In this document: in pieces, positions 12,636 to 25,950 of the stretch | How positions within the stretch are numbered: the first letter of the stretch is position 1 | How the letters are laid out: every line of letters starts with the position of its first letter | Assembly: GCA_030390025.1 (NCBI GenBank) | Contig: JASTWF010000035.1 | Location: 3,658,001-3,722,000, forward strand | Length of the DNA: 64,000 bases | Direction of reading: 5' to 3' | From: Squalus acanthias | Lineage: Eukaryota | The notes under the pieces: model-generated | What the model was told of the DNA's origin: nothing | The model's database searches: none | Seen by the model: the letters and a program-made list of their open reading frames with translations, nothing else | Made by a program: the position numbers and the translations under genes

Positions 12636-14878
12636 CTAGTAAACCTTCGTTGCACCCCCTGTAAGGCAAGTATGTCCTTCCTTAGGTAAGGAGACCAAAG
12701 CAATACACAGTATTCCAGGTGTGGTCTCACCAAAGCCCTATATAAATGCAGAATGACATCCTTACTGTTATACTGCAACTCCCTTGGAATAAAGGCTCAC
12801 ATACCATTTGCCTTCCTAATTGCTTGCTGTACCTGCATGTTAACTGTCTGTGATTCGTGTACAAGGACACCCCAATCCCACTGAATATCATAATTTACTT
12901 GTCTCTCACCTTTTAAAAAGTATTCTGCTTTTCCATTCTTCCCACCAAAGTAGATAATTTCGCAGTGCCCCACATTATACTCCATCAGCCAGCTTCTTCC
13001 ATAGAAACATAGACATAGAAGATAGGAGCAGGAGTAGGCCATTCAGCCCCTTGAGCCTGCTCCGCCATTCGATGAAATCATGGCTGATCATCCAAACTCA
13101 GTACCCTGTACCTGCCTTCTCCCCATATCCCTTGATACCTTTAGCTTTAAGAAATATATCTAACTCATCCTTGAATATATTTAATGACTTCGCTTCAACT
13201 ACCTTCTGTGGTAGAGAATTCCACAGGTTCACCACTCTCTGGGTGAAGAAATTCTTCCTCATTTCTGTCCTAAATGGTTTACCCGTTATCCGTAGATTAT
13301 GACCCCTGGTTCTGGACTCTCCAGCCATCGGGAACATTCTTCCTGCATCTAGTTTGTCCAGACCTGTCAGAATTTTATATGTTTCGATGAGATCCCCTCT
13401 CATTCTTCTATACTCCAGTGAGTATAAGCCTAATCGACCCAATCTCTCCTCATATGTCATTCCTGCCATCCCAGGTATCAGCCTTGTGACTCTTCGCTGA
13501 ACTCCTTCCATGGCAAGAACATCCTTCCTCAGATAAGGCGACCAAAACTGCACACAGTACTCAAGGTGTGGTCTCACCAAGGCCCTGTACAACTGCAGCA
13601 GGACATCCCTGTTCCTATACTCAAACCCTTTCGCTATGAAGGCCAACATACCATTTGCCTTCTTCACCGCCTGCTGCACCTACATGCTTACTTTCAGCGA
13701 CTGGTGCACAAGGACACCCAGGTCTCGTTGCACTTCCCCTTCTCCCAATCTACTGCCATTCAGATAATAGTCTGCCTTTCTGTTTTTGATCCCAAAGTGG
13801 ATAACCTCGCACTTATCCACGTTATATTGCATCTGCCACGCTTCTGCCCAGTCACCCAACCTGTCCAGATCATCCTGGAGTTTCTCGCTATCCTCCTCGC
13901 TGCACACACTCCCACCCAGCTTTGTGTCATCTGCAAACTTGGAGATATTACATTTAATTCCCTTATCTAGAATCTATTATTAAGAACGTGGTAACAGGGC
14001 ACTGGGAAAATCACAATATGATTAGGCAGACTCAACACGGTTTTATGAAAGGGAAATCGTGTTTGACAAATCGATTAGAGATTTTTGAGGGTGTAACTAA
14101 CAGGGTAGATAAGGGGTAACCAGTGGATATAGTATATTTGGATTTTAAGAAGGCATTCAATAAGGTGCCACAAAATAGGTTGTTACACAAGATTAGGGCT
14201 AAGGATTATACTTAACAGGTCTATATCCTTTTGCAGCCTCTATGCATTCTCCTCACAACTGACTTTCCTATCTAGCTTTGTATCATCAGCAAACTTGGAT
14301 ACATTACACTCTGTCCCCTGATCTAAGTCATTCATATAGATTATAAATAGTTGAGGCCCAAGCACTGATTCTTGTGGCATTCCACTAGTTACACCCTGCC
14401 ATCCTGAAAATGATCCATTTATTCCTACTCTCTGTTTTCTGTCCATTAACCAATCCTTAGCCCTAATCTTGTGTAACAACCTATTTTGTGGCACCTTATT
14501 GAATGCCTTCTTAAAATCCAAATATACTATATCCACTGGTTACCCCTTATCTACCCTGTTAGTTACACCCTCAAAAATCTCTAATCGATTTGTCAAACAC
14601 GATTTCCCTTTCATAAAACCGTGTTGAGTCTGCCTAATCATATTGTGATTTTCCCAGTGCCCTGTTACCACGTTCTTAATAATAGATTCTAGCATTTTCC
14701 TGACTACTGATGTCAGGCTAACTGGTCGATAGTTCCCTGTTTTCTCTCTCCCTCCTTTACGAACAGCGGGGTTACATTTTCTACATTCCAATACACGGGA
14801 ACTGTTCTAGAATTGAGGGAATTCTGGAAGTCAAAACATCTACTATCTCTGCAGCCATCTCTTTTAAAAACCTAGGAT
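12636..14878 (-). mobile_element. Older CR1 (12636-13002, 14208-14878) with a nested younger CR1 (13003-13970)
   Basis: ORFs 12797-13042, 13098-13679, 13680-13907, 14240-14536 and 14540-14791; the host halves are colinear. Confidence 0.85.
13967..14692. repeat. 241-bp inverted repeat (13967-14207 / 14452-14692)
   Basis: The arms read as exact reverse complements, including a shared deletion and a shared stop codon. Confidence 0.9.
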
Positions 14879-15141
14879 ATTAATTTTATTCGTTCCTGGG
14901 ATGTGGGCGTCGGTGGCAAGGTCAGCATTTATTGTCCATCCCCAATTGCCCTTGAGATGGTGAGCTGCCTTCTTGAAATGCTGCAATCCGTGTAGTGAAG
15001 GTACTCCCATAGTGCTGTCAGCCTTCCTCTGCCCGCCGGGTCTTGCTTAGGGTGGCGATGTCTATGTCAAAGTCTGAGCTCCTGGGTAGCGATAGCAGTA
15101 CGGCGTTCCGGTCTGTCGCTGTTGCGGTTGTCCATGAGGGT

Positions 15142-18100
15142 CATAGAAACATACAAACATAGAAGATAGGAGCAGGAGTAGGCCATTCGGACCCTCAAGC
15201 CTGTTCCGCCATTTAATGAGATCATGGCTGATCATCCAAATTCAGTACCCTGTCCCTGCTTTCTCCCCATATCCCTTGATCCCTTTAGCCTTAAGAAATA
15301 TATCTATCTCCTTCTTGAATATATTTAATGAATTGGCCTCAACTGCCTTGTGTGGTAGAGAATTTCACAGGTTCACCACTCTCGAGGAGGAATTTCTTCA
15401 CCCAATCTCAGTCCTAAATGGCTTACCCCTTATCCTTAGACTGTGACCCCTGGTTCTGGACTCCCCCGCCATCGGGAACATCCTTCCTGCATCGAGTCTA
15501 TCTAGTCCTGTTAGAATTTTATAAGTTTCAATGAGATCCCCTCTCATTCTTCTAAACTCTAGCGAATATAAGCCCATGCGTCATTCCTGCCATCCCAGGT
15601 ATCAGTCTGGTGAATCTTCGCTGCACTCCCTCCATGGCAAGAGCATCCTTCCTCAGATAAGGCAACCAAAACTGCACACAATACTCAAGGCGTGGTCTCA
15701 CCAAGGCCCTGTACGACTGCAGCAAGACATCCTCTCTCCTGTACTCGAATCCTCTCGCTATGAAGGCCAACATACCATTTGCCTTCTTACCCGCCTGCTG
15801 CACTTGCATGCTTACCTTCAGCGACTGGTGCACAAGGACACCCAGGTCTCGTTGCACGTCCCCCTTTCCCAATCTATTGCCGTTCAGATAATAATCTGTC
15901 TTCCTGTTTTTGCCACCGAAGTGGATAACCTCGCGTTTATCCACATTATACTACATCTGCCCAATCACCCAACCTGTCCAAATCATAGAAACATAGAAGA
16001 TAGGAGGAGGAGTAGGCCATTCGGCCCTTCAAGCCTGCTCCACCATTCAATGAGATCATGGCTGATCATCCAAATTTAGTACCCTTTCCCTGCTTTCTCC
16101 CCATATCCCTTGATCCCTTTAGCCTTAAGAACTATATCTAACTCCTTCTTGAATATATTTAATGATTTGGCCTCAACTGCCTTCTGTGGTAGAGAATTCC
16201 ACAGGTTCACCACTCTCTTGGTGAAGAAATTCCTCCTCATCTTAGTCCTAAATGGCTTACCCCTTATCCTTAGACTGTGACCCCTGGCTCTGGGCTCACC
16301 CGCCATCGGGAACATCCTTCCTGCATCTAGTCTGTCTAGTCCTGTTAGAATTTTATAAGTTTCAATGAGATCCCCTCTCATTCTTCTAAACTCTAGCGAA
16401 TATAAGCCTAATCGACCCAATCTCTCTTCATATGTCATCCCTGCCATCCCAGGTATCAGTCTGGTGTATCTTCGCTGCACTCCCTCCATGGCAAGAACAT
16501 CCTTCCTCAGATAAGGCGACCAAAACTGCACACAATACTCAAGGTGTGGTCGCACCAAGGCCCTGTACAACTGCAGCAAGACATCCCTGCTCCTGTACTC
16601 GAATCCTCTCGCTATGAAGGCCAACATACCATTTGCCTTCTTAACTGCCTGCTGCACCTGCATGCTTAACTTCAGCGACTGGTGCACAAGGACACCCAGG
16701 TCTCGTTGCACTTCCCCTTTTCCCAATCTATTGCCGGTCAGATAATAATCTGTCTTCCTGTTTTTGACACCAAAGTGGATAACCTCGCATTTATCCACAT
16801 TATACTGCATTTGCCATGCATCTGCCCAATCACCCAACCTGTCCAAATCATACTGGAGTTTCTCTGCATCCTCCTCACAGCACACACGCCCACCCAGCTT
16901 TGTGTCATCTGCAAACTTGGAGATATTACATCTAGTTCCCTCGTCTAGATCATTAATATATATTGTGAATAGCTGCGGTCCTAGCACCGATCCCTGCGGT
17001 ACCCCACTAGTCACTGCCTGCCACTCGGAAAAAGACCCGTTTATTCCAACTCTTTGCTCCCTGTCTGCCAACCAGTTCTCTATCCAAGTCAGTACCTTAC
17101 CCCCAATCCCATGTGCTTTAACTTTGCATGCTAATCTCTTATGCGGGACCTTATTGAAAGCCTTCTGAAAGTCCAAATACACCACATCCACTGGTTCTCC
17201 CTTATCTATTCTACCAGTTACATCCTCAAAAAATTCCAGTAGATTAGTCAAGCATGATTTACCTTTTGTAAATCCATGTTGACTTTGTCCGATCCTGTCA
17301 CTGTTTTCCAAGTGCTCTGCTATTACATCTTTTATAATGGACTCTAGCATTTTGCCCACTGCCGATGTCAGACTTACCGGTCTATAATTCCCCGTTTTCT
17401 CTCTACCACCTTTTTAAAATAAAGGTGTTACATTAGCTACCCTCCAATCCATGGGAACTGTGCCAGAATCTATAGAATTTTGGAAGATGACCAGCAATGC
17501 ATCTACTATTTCTAGGGCCACTTCCTTAAGTACCCTAGGATGTAGATTATCAGGCCCTGTGGATTTATTGGCCTTCAATCCTGTCAATTTCCCTAACACC
17601 ATTTCCCTACAAATACTGATTTCATTCAATTCCTCCCTCTCATTAGACCCTATGTTACTCGACATCTCTGGGAGGTTATTTGTGTCCTCCTTTGTGAAGA
17701 CAGAACCAAAGTATGTATTTAATTAGAACATAGAACATAGAACAGTACAGCACAGTACAGGCCCTTCGGCCCTCGATGTTGTGCCGAGCATTGTCCGAAA
17801 CCAAGATCAAGCTATCCCACTCCCTATCATTCTGGTGTGCTCCATGTGCTTATCCAATAACCGCTTGAAAGTTCCTAAAGTGTCCGACTATCACAGCAGG
17901 CAGTCCATTCCACACCCCAATCACTCTCTGAGTAAAGAATCTACCTCGGACATCCCTTCTATATCTCCCCCCATGCACCTTATAGTTATGCCCCCTTGTA
18001 ACAGCTACATCCACCCGAGGAAATAGTCTCTGAACATCCACTCTATCTATCCCCCTCATCATCTTATAAACCTCTATTAAGTCGCCTCTCATCCTCCTCC

Positions 18101-21100
18101 GCTCTAAAGAGAAAAGCCCTAGCTCCCTCAATCTTTCCTCATAAGACCTCCCCCCCCCAAACCAGGCAGCATCCTGGTAAATCTCCTTTGCACTCTTTCC
18201 AATGCTTCCACGTCCTTCCTATAGTGAGGTGACCAGAACTGCACACAATATTCCAAATGTGGTCTCACCAAGGTCCTGTACAGTTGCAGCATAACCTCAC
18301 GGTTCTTAAACTCAAACCCCTTGTTAATAAACGTTCACACACTATAGGCCTTCTTTACTGCTCTATCCACTTGAGTGGCAACCTTCAGAGATCTGTGGAT
18401 ATGAACCCCCAGATCCCTCTGTTCCTCCACGTTCCTCAGAACCCTGCCGTTGACCCTGTAATCCTTATTCAAATTTGCCCTACCAAAATGAATCACCTCG
18501 CACTTATCAGGGTTAAATTCCATCTGCCATTTTTCAGCCCAGCTCGGCATCCTATCAATGTCTCTGCAGCCTACAACAGCCCTCCACCTCATCCACTGCT
18601 CCACCAATCTTGGTGTCATCAGCAAATTTACTGATCCACCCTTCAGTCCCCTCCTCCAAGTCATTGATAAAAATCACAAACAGCAGAGGACCCAGCACCG
18701 ACCCCTGTGGCACACCGCTGGTAACTGGTCTCCAGTCTGAAAATTTTCCATCCACCACCACCCTCTGCCTTCTATGAGATAGCCAGTTACTTATCCAATC
18801 GGCCAAATTTCCCTCTATCCCACAACTCCTTACTTTCTTCATGAGCCGACCATGGGGAACCTTATCAAACGCCTTACTAAAATCCATGTACAGGAAACTC
18901 TTGTTTATCCGGCACCCAAATATCCGGAATTCTCGCTTAACCGGCAAAAATCATCCTCCGAAAACTCCTCTCAAATAACCGGCAATGTTGCCGAGTCGCA
19001 GTCCGAGTCTCCGCGAACGCCGAGTACTCCGAAAACTCCTCTCAAATAACCGGCAATGTTGCCGATCCCGAGTCCCCGAACGGCGATTTAGTCAGTAGGG
19101 GTAGTTTTCAAAAGTGCCACTACTCGGCCTCCTGGCGCTGTCGGAAGTCCGAAACACTGCAGTAGCAGGAGTTGATTCTCCCGCGCTGCCGGGAGTCTCA
19201 CTTACTGTTAAGTAATTAAAGAGTTATGGATTACTCTCAACTGGCAGTACTGTACTTAATCAAGCATCTTCCACCATCCATTTAACACAACATTCTGTAG
19301 GTGAGTACCCAAATACTGTATACTGCACATTTCTTGATTTTTTTTATTTTTCTTTGTTAAAAATAGCCTCGGTAGATATAACTCTCTGTTATCCGGAACT
19401 TTCGATCAACCGGCACCACGCCGGTCCCGTCGGTGCCGGATACCAAAGAGTTTCCTGTATTCGACATCAACTGCTCTACCTTCATCTACACACTTAGTTA
19501 CCTCCTCAAAGAATTCAATCAAATTTGTTAGGCAAGACTTACCCTTCACGAATCCGTGTTGACTATCCCGGATTAAGTTGCATCTTTCCAAATGGTCATA
19601 AAACCAATCCCTCAGGACCTTTTCCATTATCTTACCAACCACCGAAGTAAGACTAACCGGCCTATAATTACCAGGGTCATTCCTATTTCCTTTCTTGAAG
19701 AGAGGAACAACATTCGCCACTCTCCAGTCCTCTGGCACCATCCCCGTGGACAGTGAGGACCCAAAGATCAAAGCCAAAGGCTCTACAATCTCCTCCCTTG
19801 CCTCCCAAAGAATCCTAGGATATATCCCATCTGGCCTCAGGTTCTTCAAAATTGCTAAAACATCTTCCCTCAGAACATCTACCTCCTCCAGCCTATCCAC
19901 CTTTATCACACTCTCATCCTCAAAAACATGGCCCCTCTCCTCGGTGAACACTGACGAAAAGTATTCATTCATCACCTCTCCTATCTCTTCTGACTCCATT
20001 AATTGGTCTGCCATTTCTTCATTCTCCATTATAAATTCCCCTGATTCTGACTGCAAGGGACCTACACTTGACTTCACCAATCTTTTTCTCTTCACATATC
20101 TATAGAAGCTTTTACAGTCAGTTTTTATGTTACCTGCAAGCTTACTCTGATAATCTGTTTTCCCCCTCTTAATTAATCCCTTTGTCCTCCTTTGCTGAAT
20201 CCTGAACTGCTCCCAATTCTCAGGTTTGCTGCTTTTTCTGGCCAAATTATATGTCCTCTCCTTGGATCTTATGCTGTCCCTAATTTCCCTTGTTAGCCAC
20301 GGTTGAGTCACCTTTTTTGTTTTATTTTTATGCCAAACAGGGATGAACAAATTCTGTAGTTCATCCATGCGATCTTTAAATGTTTGCCATTGCCTATCCA
20401 CCGTCAACCCTTTAAGTAACGTTCCCCAATCCATCCTAGCCAACTCGCGCCTCATACCATTGTAGTTTCCTTTATTTAAATTCAGGACCCTAGTCTCCGA
20501 GTGAACTACTTCACTCTCCATTTTAATGAAGAATTCTATCATATAATGACCGCTCCAACCCAAGGGGCCTCGCACAACAAGATTGCTAATTAATCTTTTC
20601 TCTTTACATAATACCTAGTCTAAGATGGCCTGATCTCTAGTTGGTTCCTCGACATATTGGTCCAGGAAACCATCCCGTATACACTTTAGGAATTCCTCCT
20701 CCACAGTATTGTTACTAATTTGGTTAGCCCAATCTATATGTAGATTAAAGTCACCCATGATAACTGCTGTGCCCTTTTTGCACGCGTCTCTAATTTCCCG
20801 TTTAATGTCATCCCAACCTCAGCATTACTGTTTGGGGGTCTGTATACAACTCCCACTAACGTTTTCTGCCCCTTGGTATTGCTCAGCTCTGCCCATACAT
20901 ATTCCACATCATCAGAGCTAATATCCTTCCTTACTATTGTGTTAATCTCTTTAACCAGCAATGCTACCCCACCTCCTTTTCCTTTTTTCCTGAATATTGA
21001 ATACCCTTGGATGTTGAATTCCCAGACTTGGTCATCCTGGAGCCATGTCGCCGTAATCCCAATTATATCATATCCGTTTACATCTATTTGCGCAGCTAAT

Positions 21101-22093
21101 TCATCCACCTTATTACGAATGCTCCTCGGATTAAGGCACAAAGCCTTCAGGCTTGATTTTTGAACACTCTTAGTCCTTTTAGAATTATTATTTACTGTGG
21201 CCCTGTTTGATTTACACCCTTGATTTCTCTGCCTTCCACTTTTGCTTTTCTCCTTCCTCTCTTTTGTTTCTATCCTTGCTTCCCTTTCCTCTGTCTCCCT
21301 GCACAGGTTCCCTACCCCCTGCCATTTTAGTTTAACCCCACCCCAAAAGCACGAGCAAACACTCCCCCTAGGACATCAGTTCCGGTCCCGCCAACGTGCA
21401 AACCGTCCAGTTTGTACTGGTCCCACCTCCCCCAGACCGGTTCCAATGTCCCAGGAATTTGAATCCCTCCCCCTTGCACCATTCCTCTAGCCACGTATTC
21501 ATCTGAAATATCCTTCTATTTCTACTCTGACTAGCACGTGACACTGGTAGCAATCCTGAGATTACCACCTTTGAGGTCCTATTTTTTAATTTACCTCCAA
21601 ACTCCCTATATTCAGCTTTTAGGACCTCATCCCCTTTTTTACCTATATCGTTGGGACCTATATGCACCACGACAACTGGCTGTTCACCCTCCCCCTCCAG
21701 AATGCCCTGCAGCCGCTCCGAGACATCCTTGACCCTTGCATCAGGGAGGCAACATAACATCCTGGAGTCTCGTTTGCGGCCGCAGAAACGCCTATCTATT
21801 CCCCTTACAATAGAATCTCCTGTCACTATAGCTCTCCCGCTTTTTTTCCTCCCGTGCTGTGCAGCAGGACCACCCCTGGTGCCAGGAAGTTGGCTGATGC
21901 TGCCTTCCCCCGATAAGCCATCCCCCTCAACCGTATCCAAAGTGGTATATCTATTTGAAAGGTGGATGGCCACAAGGGACCCCTGCACTACCTGCCTGCG
22001 CCTACTACTCTGCTTGGTGGTCACCCATTCCCTTCCTGCCTGTGCAGCCTTTACCTGCGGTGTGACCAACTCCCTAAACGTGTTATCCACGAT
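15142..22093 (-). mobile_element. Nested CR1 cluster: 15142-15982; 15983-17724 with 19999-22093 (includes ORF1); 17725-19998
   Basis: ORFs 16076-17359, 19406-20575, 20734-21141 and 21368-22093; three separate 3' tails; taatt duplicated around the innermost copy. Confidence 0.9.
18891..19457. mobile_element. Non-autonomous Tc1/mariner (pogo/Tigger-like) MITE
   Basis: 26-bp imperfect TIR CAGGAAACTCTT...TATCCGGCACC with TA TSD; the host CR1 rejoins across it. Confidence 0.88.
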
Positions 22094-22389
22094 ATTCCAG
22101 GTCCCGAACTTAATTTTAAAGGGTGGAAGATGCCTGTGAGTGAATTCTTTTAACGTGGGGTGGCCGTTGCGCACCAGCTACCACACGGGCTTGACAGAGC
22201 AAGGTTTTTGGCCAATGGCAAGGGGATCCAAGACGATTGGAGACCAGGCTCTGCTACATCGGCCTAGCACACACACACAAACATACTCCTTCTGTCCTCC
22301 TCCCTCCTTTCCGCAGGTCCTCTCTGCCTGGGTTTCATAGGCTGCAGTGTGGTCCTCCTGACCCTGCTGCTGGTCCACGCTGCACCACT

Positions 22390-22652
22390 CCTGGGCCCCG
22401 TCCTCGCCCCTGGGCCTCGACCTCGCCCCTGGGCCCCGTCCTCGCCCCTGGGCCCCGTCCTCGCCCCTGGGCCCCGTCCTCGCCCCTGGGCCCCGTCCTC
22501 GCCCCTGGGCCCCGACCTCGCCCCTGGGCCCCGTCCTCGCCCCTGGGCCCCGACCTCGCCCCTGGGCCCCGTCCTCGCCCCTGGGCCCCGACCTCGCCCC
22601 TGGGCCCCGACCTCGCCCCTGGGTCCCGACCTCGCTCCTGGGTCCCAACCTC
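22390..22652. repeat. GC-rich 19-bp minisatellite (CCTGGGCCCCGWCCTCGCC), about 14 copies
   Basis: Direct tandem repeat with no spacers. Confidence 0.95.
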
Positions 22653-25600
22653 CTTATAGTGTGTCTCCTTCCAGTGAGTGTGTCCCGCGGTGCGCCTCCT
22701 TCTCGTGAGTGTGTCCCGCGGTGTCTCCTAGTGAGTGGAGCAGGAGAAGGACAGCTCAAGGAGCAAGGCGGTGGTTTCTTCTGGAAAAGCAAACCTGAAG
22801 AAGAACGCCGCCTTCATGGGGTAGGGTTCGCCATAAAAAATGAGCTAGTTGAACGTTTCAGAGACACCCCTTGTGGAATAAACGAACGCCTCATGACACT
22901 ACGGCTCACCCTAGCCCGGAATCAGTGCATACGCCCCAACACTGGAAGGCACAGACGAGACCAAAGAGGAATTCTACTCCAGCCTCGAACAATCCCTGTC
23001 CCGAGTCCCTACGGGCGACAAGCTGGTCCTCCTTGGCGACTTTAACGCCAGAGTTGGAAAGGACACGGACCTCTGGGGAGGTGTGATCGGCAGAGAGGGG
23101 GTAGGGAAAGCCAACTCCAACGGTACCCTCCTCCTGACGAAATGCTTAGAACATGGCCTTGTCATAACCAACACCTTGTTCCGTCAGAGAGACAAGTACC
23201 AGACTTCATGGCAACACCCTCGCTCCAAGCACTGGCATCTGCTGGACTACGTCATCGTCCGAGCGAGGGACCGCAAGGACGTCCGCATCACCCGCACCAT
23301 GACAGGAGTTGACGATGCTGCTGGACAGACCATCGCCTAATCCGCTCTGTCATCTCCATCAACGCAGCCCCAGGACATCGGCGATAACAGAAGCAATGCC
23401 GCAGGAAAATCAACGCTGGAGCACTCAAAGACCCCGCTAAGAAAGCCCTATTCAGCCTGCGCCTCACAACCAACCTGACGACTCTCAGTGATTCAGAGAC
23501 ACAGAGTGTCCACAGCACCTGGTGTGCACTCGAGGCCTCCATAATCAGCACCTGTGAAGCGACGCTCGGTCACTCGACCAGGAAACACCAAGACTGGTTC
23601 TATGAGAATGACCAGCAGATCCAGGAGCTAATAAGCCGCAAGCGCAAGGCATTCCTGATCCGGAAACAGCAACAGATCTCGAGAGCAAGAAAGCAGCTCT
23701 ATAGACGCCTGAAGGCCGAGGCCCAACAAAAAACTCGCAACCTAAAGAACAGATGGTGGGTGGAGAAAGCGCAGGAGATCCAGCAGCTAGCTGACAACCA
23801 CGACGTGCGTGGATTCTTTAGCGCAGTCAAGACCACCTACGGCCCAAGCACCCAAGGTCCTACCCCACTGCGGGCCAAGAACGGAGAGGTACTCATCAAG
23901 GACAGAGAGGCAGTCAGTACCCGCTGGAAGGAACACTTCGAAGATCTCCTTAACCGAGACTCTGTCTTCGACGCGAGTGTCCTCAACTCCATCCCGCAGC
24001 ATGCTACCCACCACCATCTCAGCACCACCCCAGCCCGGCATGAGGTTGAAAAAGGCCATCTGACAACTGAAGAACAACAAGGCCTCAGGAGCAGATGGAA
24101 TCCCCGCCGAGGCGCTAAAACATGGCGGAGAAGCACTATTGGCGCGAAAACATGAACTAATTTCTCTTATTTGGAAGGAGGAGAGCATGCCAGGGGATCT
24201 CAGAGACACCGTAATCGTGACCATCTTCAAGAAAGGTGACAAGTCCGATTGCGGTAATTACAGAGGAGTCTAACTGCTGTCTGCCACAGGGAAAGTCATC
24301 GCAAGAATCCTCAATCGCCTTCTCCCAGTGGCTGAAGAGCTCCTCCCAGAGTCGCAATGCGGATTCCGCCCACTAAGGGGCACAATGGACATGATCTTCA
24401 CCACAGGAGAAATGCAGGGAACAGCACCAACCGCTGTACATGGCCTTCTTTGACCTCACAAAGGCCTTCGACACCGTCAACCGTGAGGGATTATGGAGTG
24501 TCCTCCTCAAATTCGGCTGCCCTCAAAAGTTTGTCACCATCCTCCGTCTGCTTCACGACGTCATGCAAGCCGTGATCCTGACCAACGGATCCCCCACAGA
24601 CCCAATTCACGTACGGATCGGGGTCAAGCAAGGCTGTATCATTGCACCAATGCTCTTCTCGAACTTCCTGGCTGCAATGCTCCATCTCACCCTCAGTAAG
24701 CTCCCCGCTGGAGTGGAGCTAATCTACAGAACAAACGGGAAACTGTTCAACCTCCGTCGCCTCCAGTCCACATCCAAGGTCATCCCATCCTCTGTCATCA
24801 AATTCCAGTATGCAGACGACGCTTGCGTCTGTGCACACTCTGAGGCTGAACTCCAAACCATCGTCAACACCTTCACCGAAGCGTATGAGAGCATGGGCCT
24901 TACACTAAACATCCGTAAGACATAAGTCCTCTACCAACCTGCCCCCGCCACACAGTACTGCTCGCCGATTATCAAAATCCATGACGAGGCCTTGGACAAT
25001 GTGGACCACTTTCCATAGCTCGGGAGCCTACTGTCAACAAGGACAGACGTCGATGACGAAGTCCAACACCACCTTCAGTGTGCCATTACAGCCTTCGGTC
25101 GCCTGAGGAAGAGAGTGTTTGAAGACCAGGACCTCAAACCCAGCACCAAGCTCATGGTCTACAGAGCAGTAGTGATACCCGCCCTCCTGTATGCCTCATA
25201 GACATGGACCATGTACAGCAGGCACCTCAAAGCACTGGAGAGGTACCACCTACGCTGCCTCCGCAAGATCCTGCAAATCCATTGGCAGAATAGGCGCACC
25301 AACGTCAGTGTTCTTGCTCAGGCCAACATCCCCAGCATCGAAGCTTTGACCACGCTCGATCAGCTCTGATGGATGGGCCATATCATCCGCATGCCCGATA
25401 CGAGACTCCCAAAACAAGCGCTCTATTCAGAGCTCCGACACAGCAAGAGAGCCCTAGGTGTGCAGAGGAAACGCTTCAAGGACACCCTCAAAGCCTCCTT
25501 GAAAAAGTGCAACATCCCCATCGACACCTGGGAATCCCTGGCCCAAGCACAAAGTGGAGGAGAAGCATCCGGGAAGGCACCGAACACCTCGAGTCTCTTC

Positions 25601-25950
25601 GCCGTGAGCAAGCGGAAGGCAAGCGCAAACAGCGGAAGGAGCGCATGTCAACCCAAGCACCCCACCCACCCGCCCCTTCAACCACCGTCTGCCCCACCTA
25701 TGACAGAGACTGTAGGTCCCGCATTGGACTCATCAGTCACCTGTGAACTCATTTTTAGTGTGGAAGCAAGTCATCCTCGGTTACGAGGGACTGCCTAAGA
25801 GAAGAGAGTGCTGTTAGGGAGGAAGTTCCAGGATTTTGACCCAGCGACGATGAAGGAATGGTGATATATTTCCACGTCAGGATGGTGTGTGACCTGAAGG
25901 GGAACTTGGAGGTGTTGGTGTTCCCATGCGCCTGCTGCCCTTGTCCGTCT

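Larger units (their letters stand above)
15022..25806 (+). mobile_element. RTE-clade LINE with inverted 5' part (15022-15141 and 22094-22735 on -) and sense body (22738-25806)
   Basis: KFGTWN / TLMDN..DRPERRTA on -, then AGEGQLKEQGGG..GDFNARVG..QYADD on +. 11-bp TSD AGTGCTGTYAG at 15011-15021 and 25807-25817. Confidence 0.88.

Noticed and set aside
21368..22174. 268-aa ORF as a novel fusion gene
   Set aside because: Chance in-frame junction of the RTE start and a truncated CR1 ORF1.
22390..22652. Possible CRISPR array or Gly/Arg/Pro-rich protein
   Set aside because: No spacers; the ORFs are by-products of a stop-free minisatellite.
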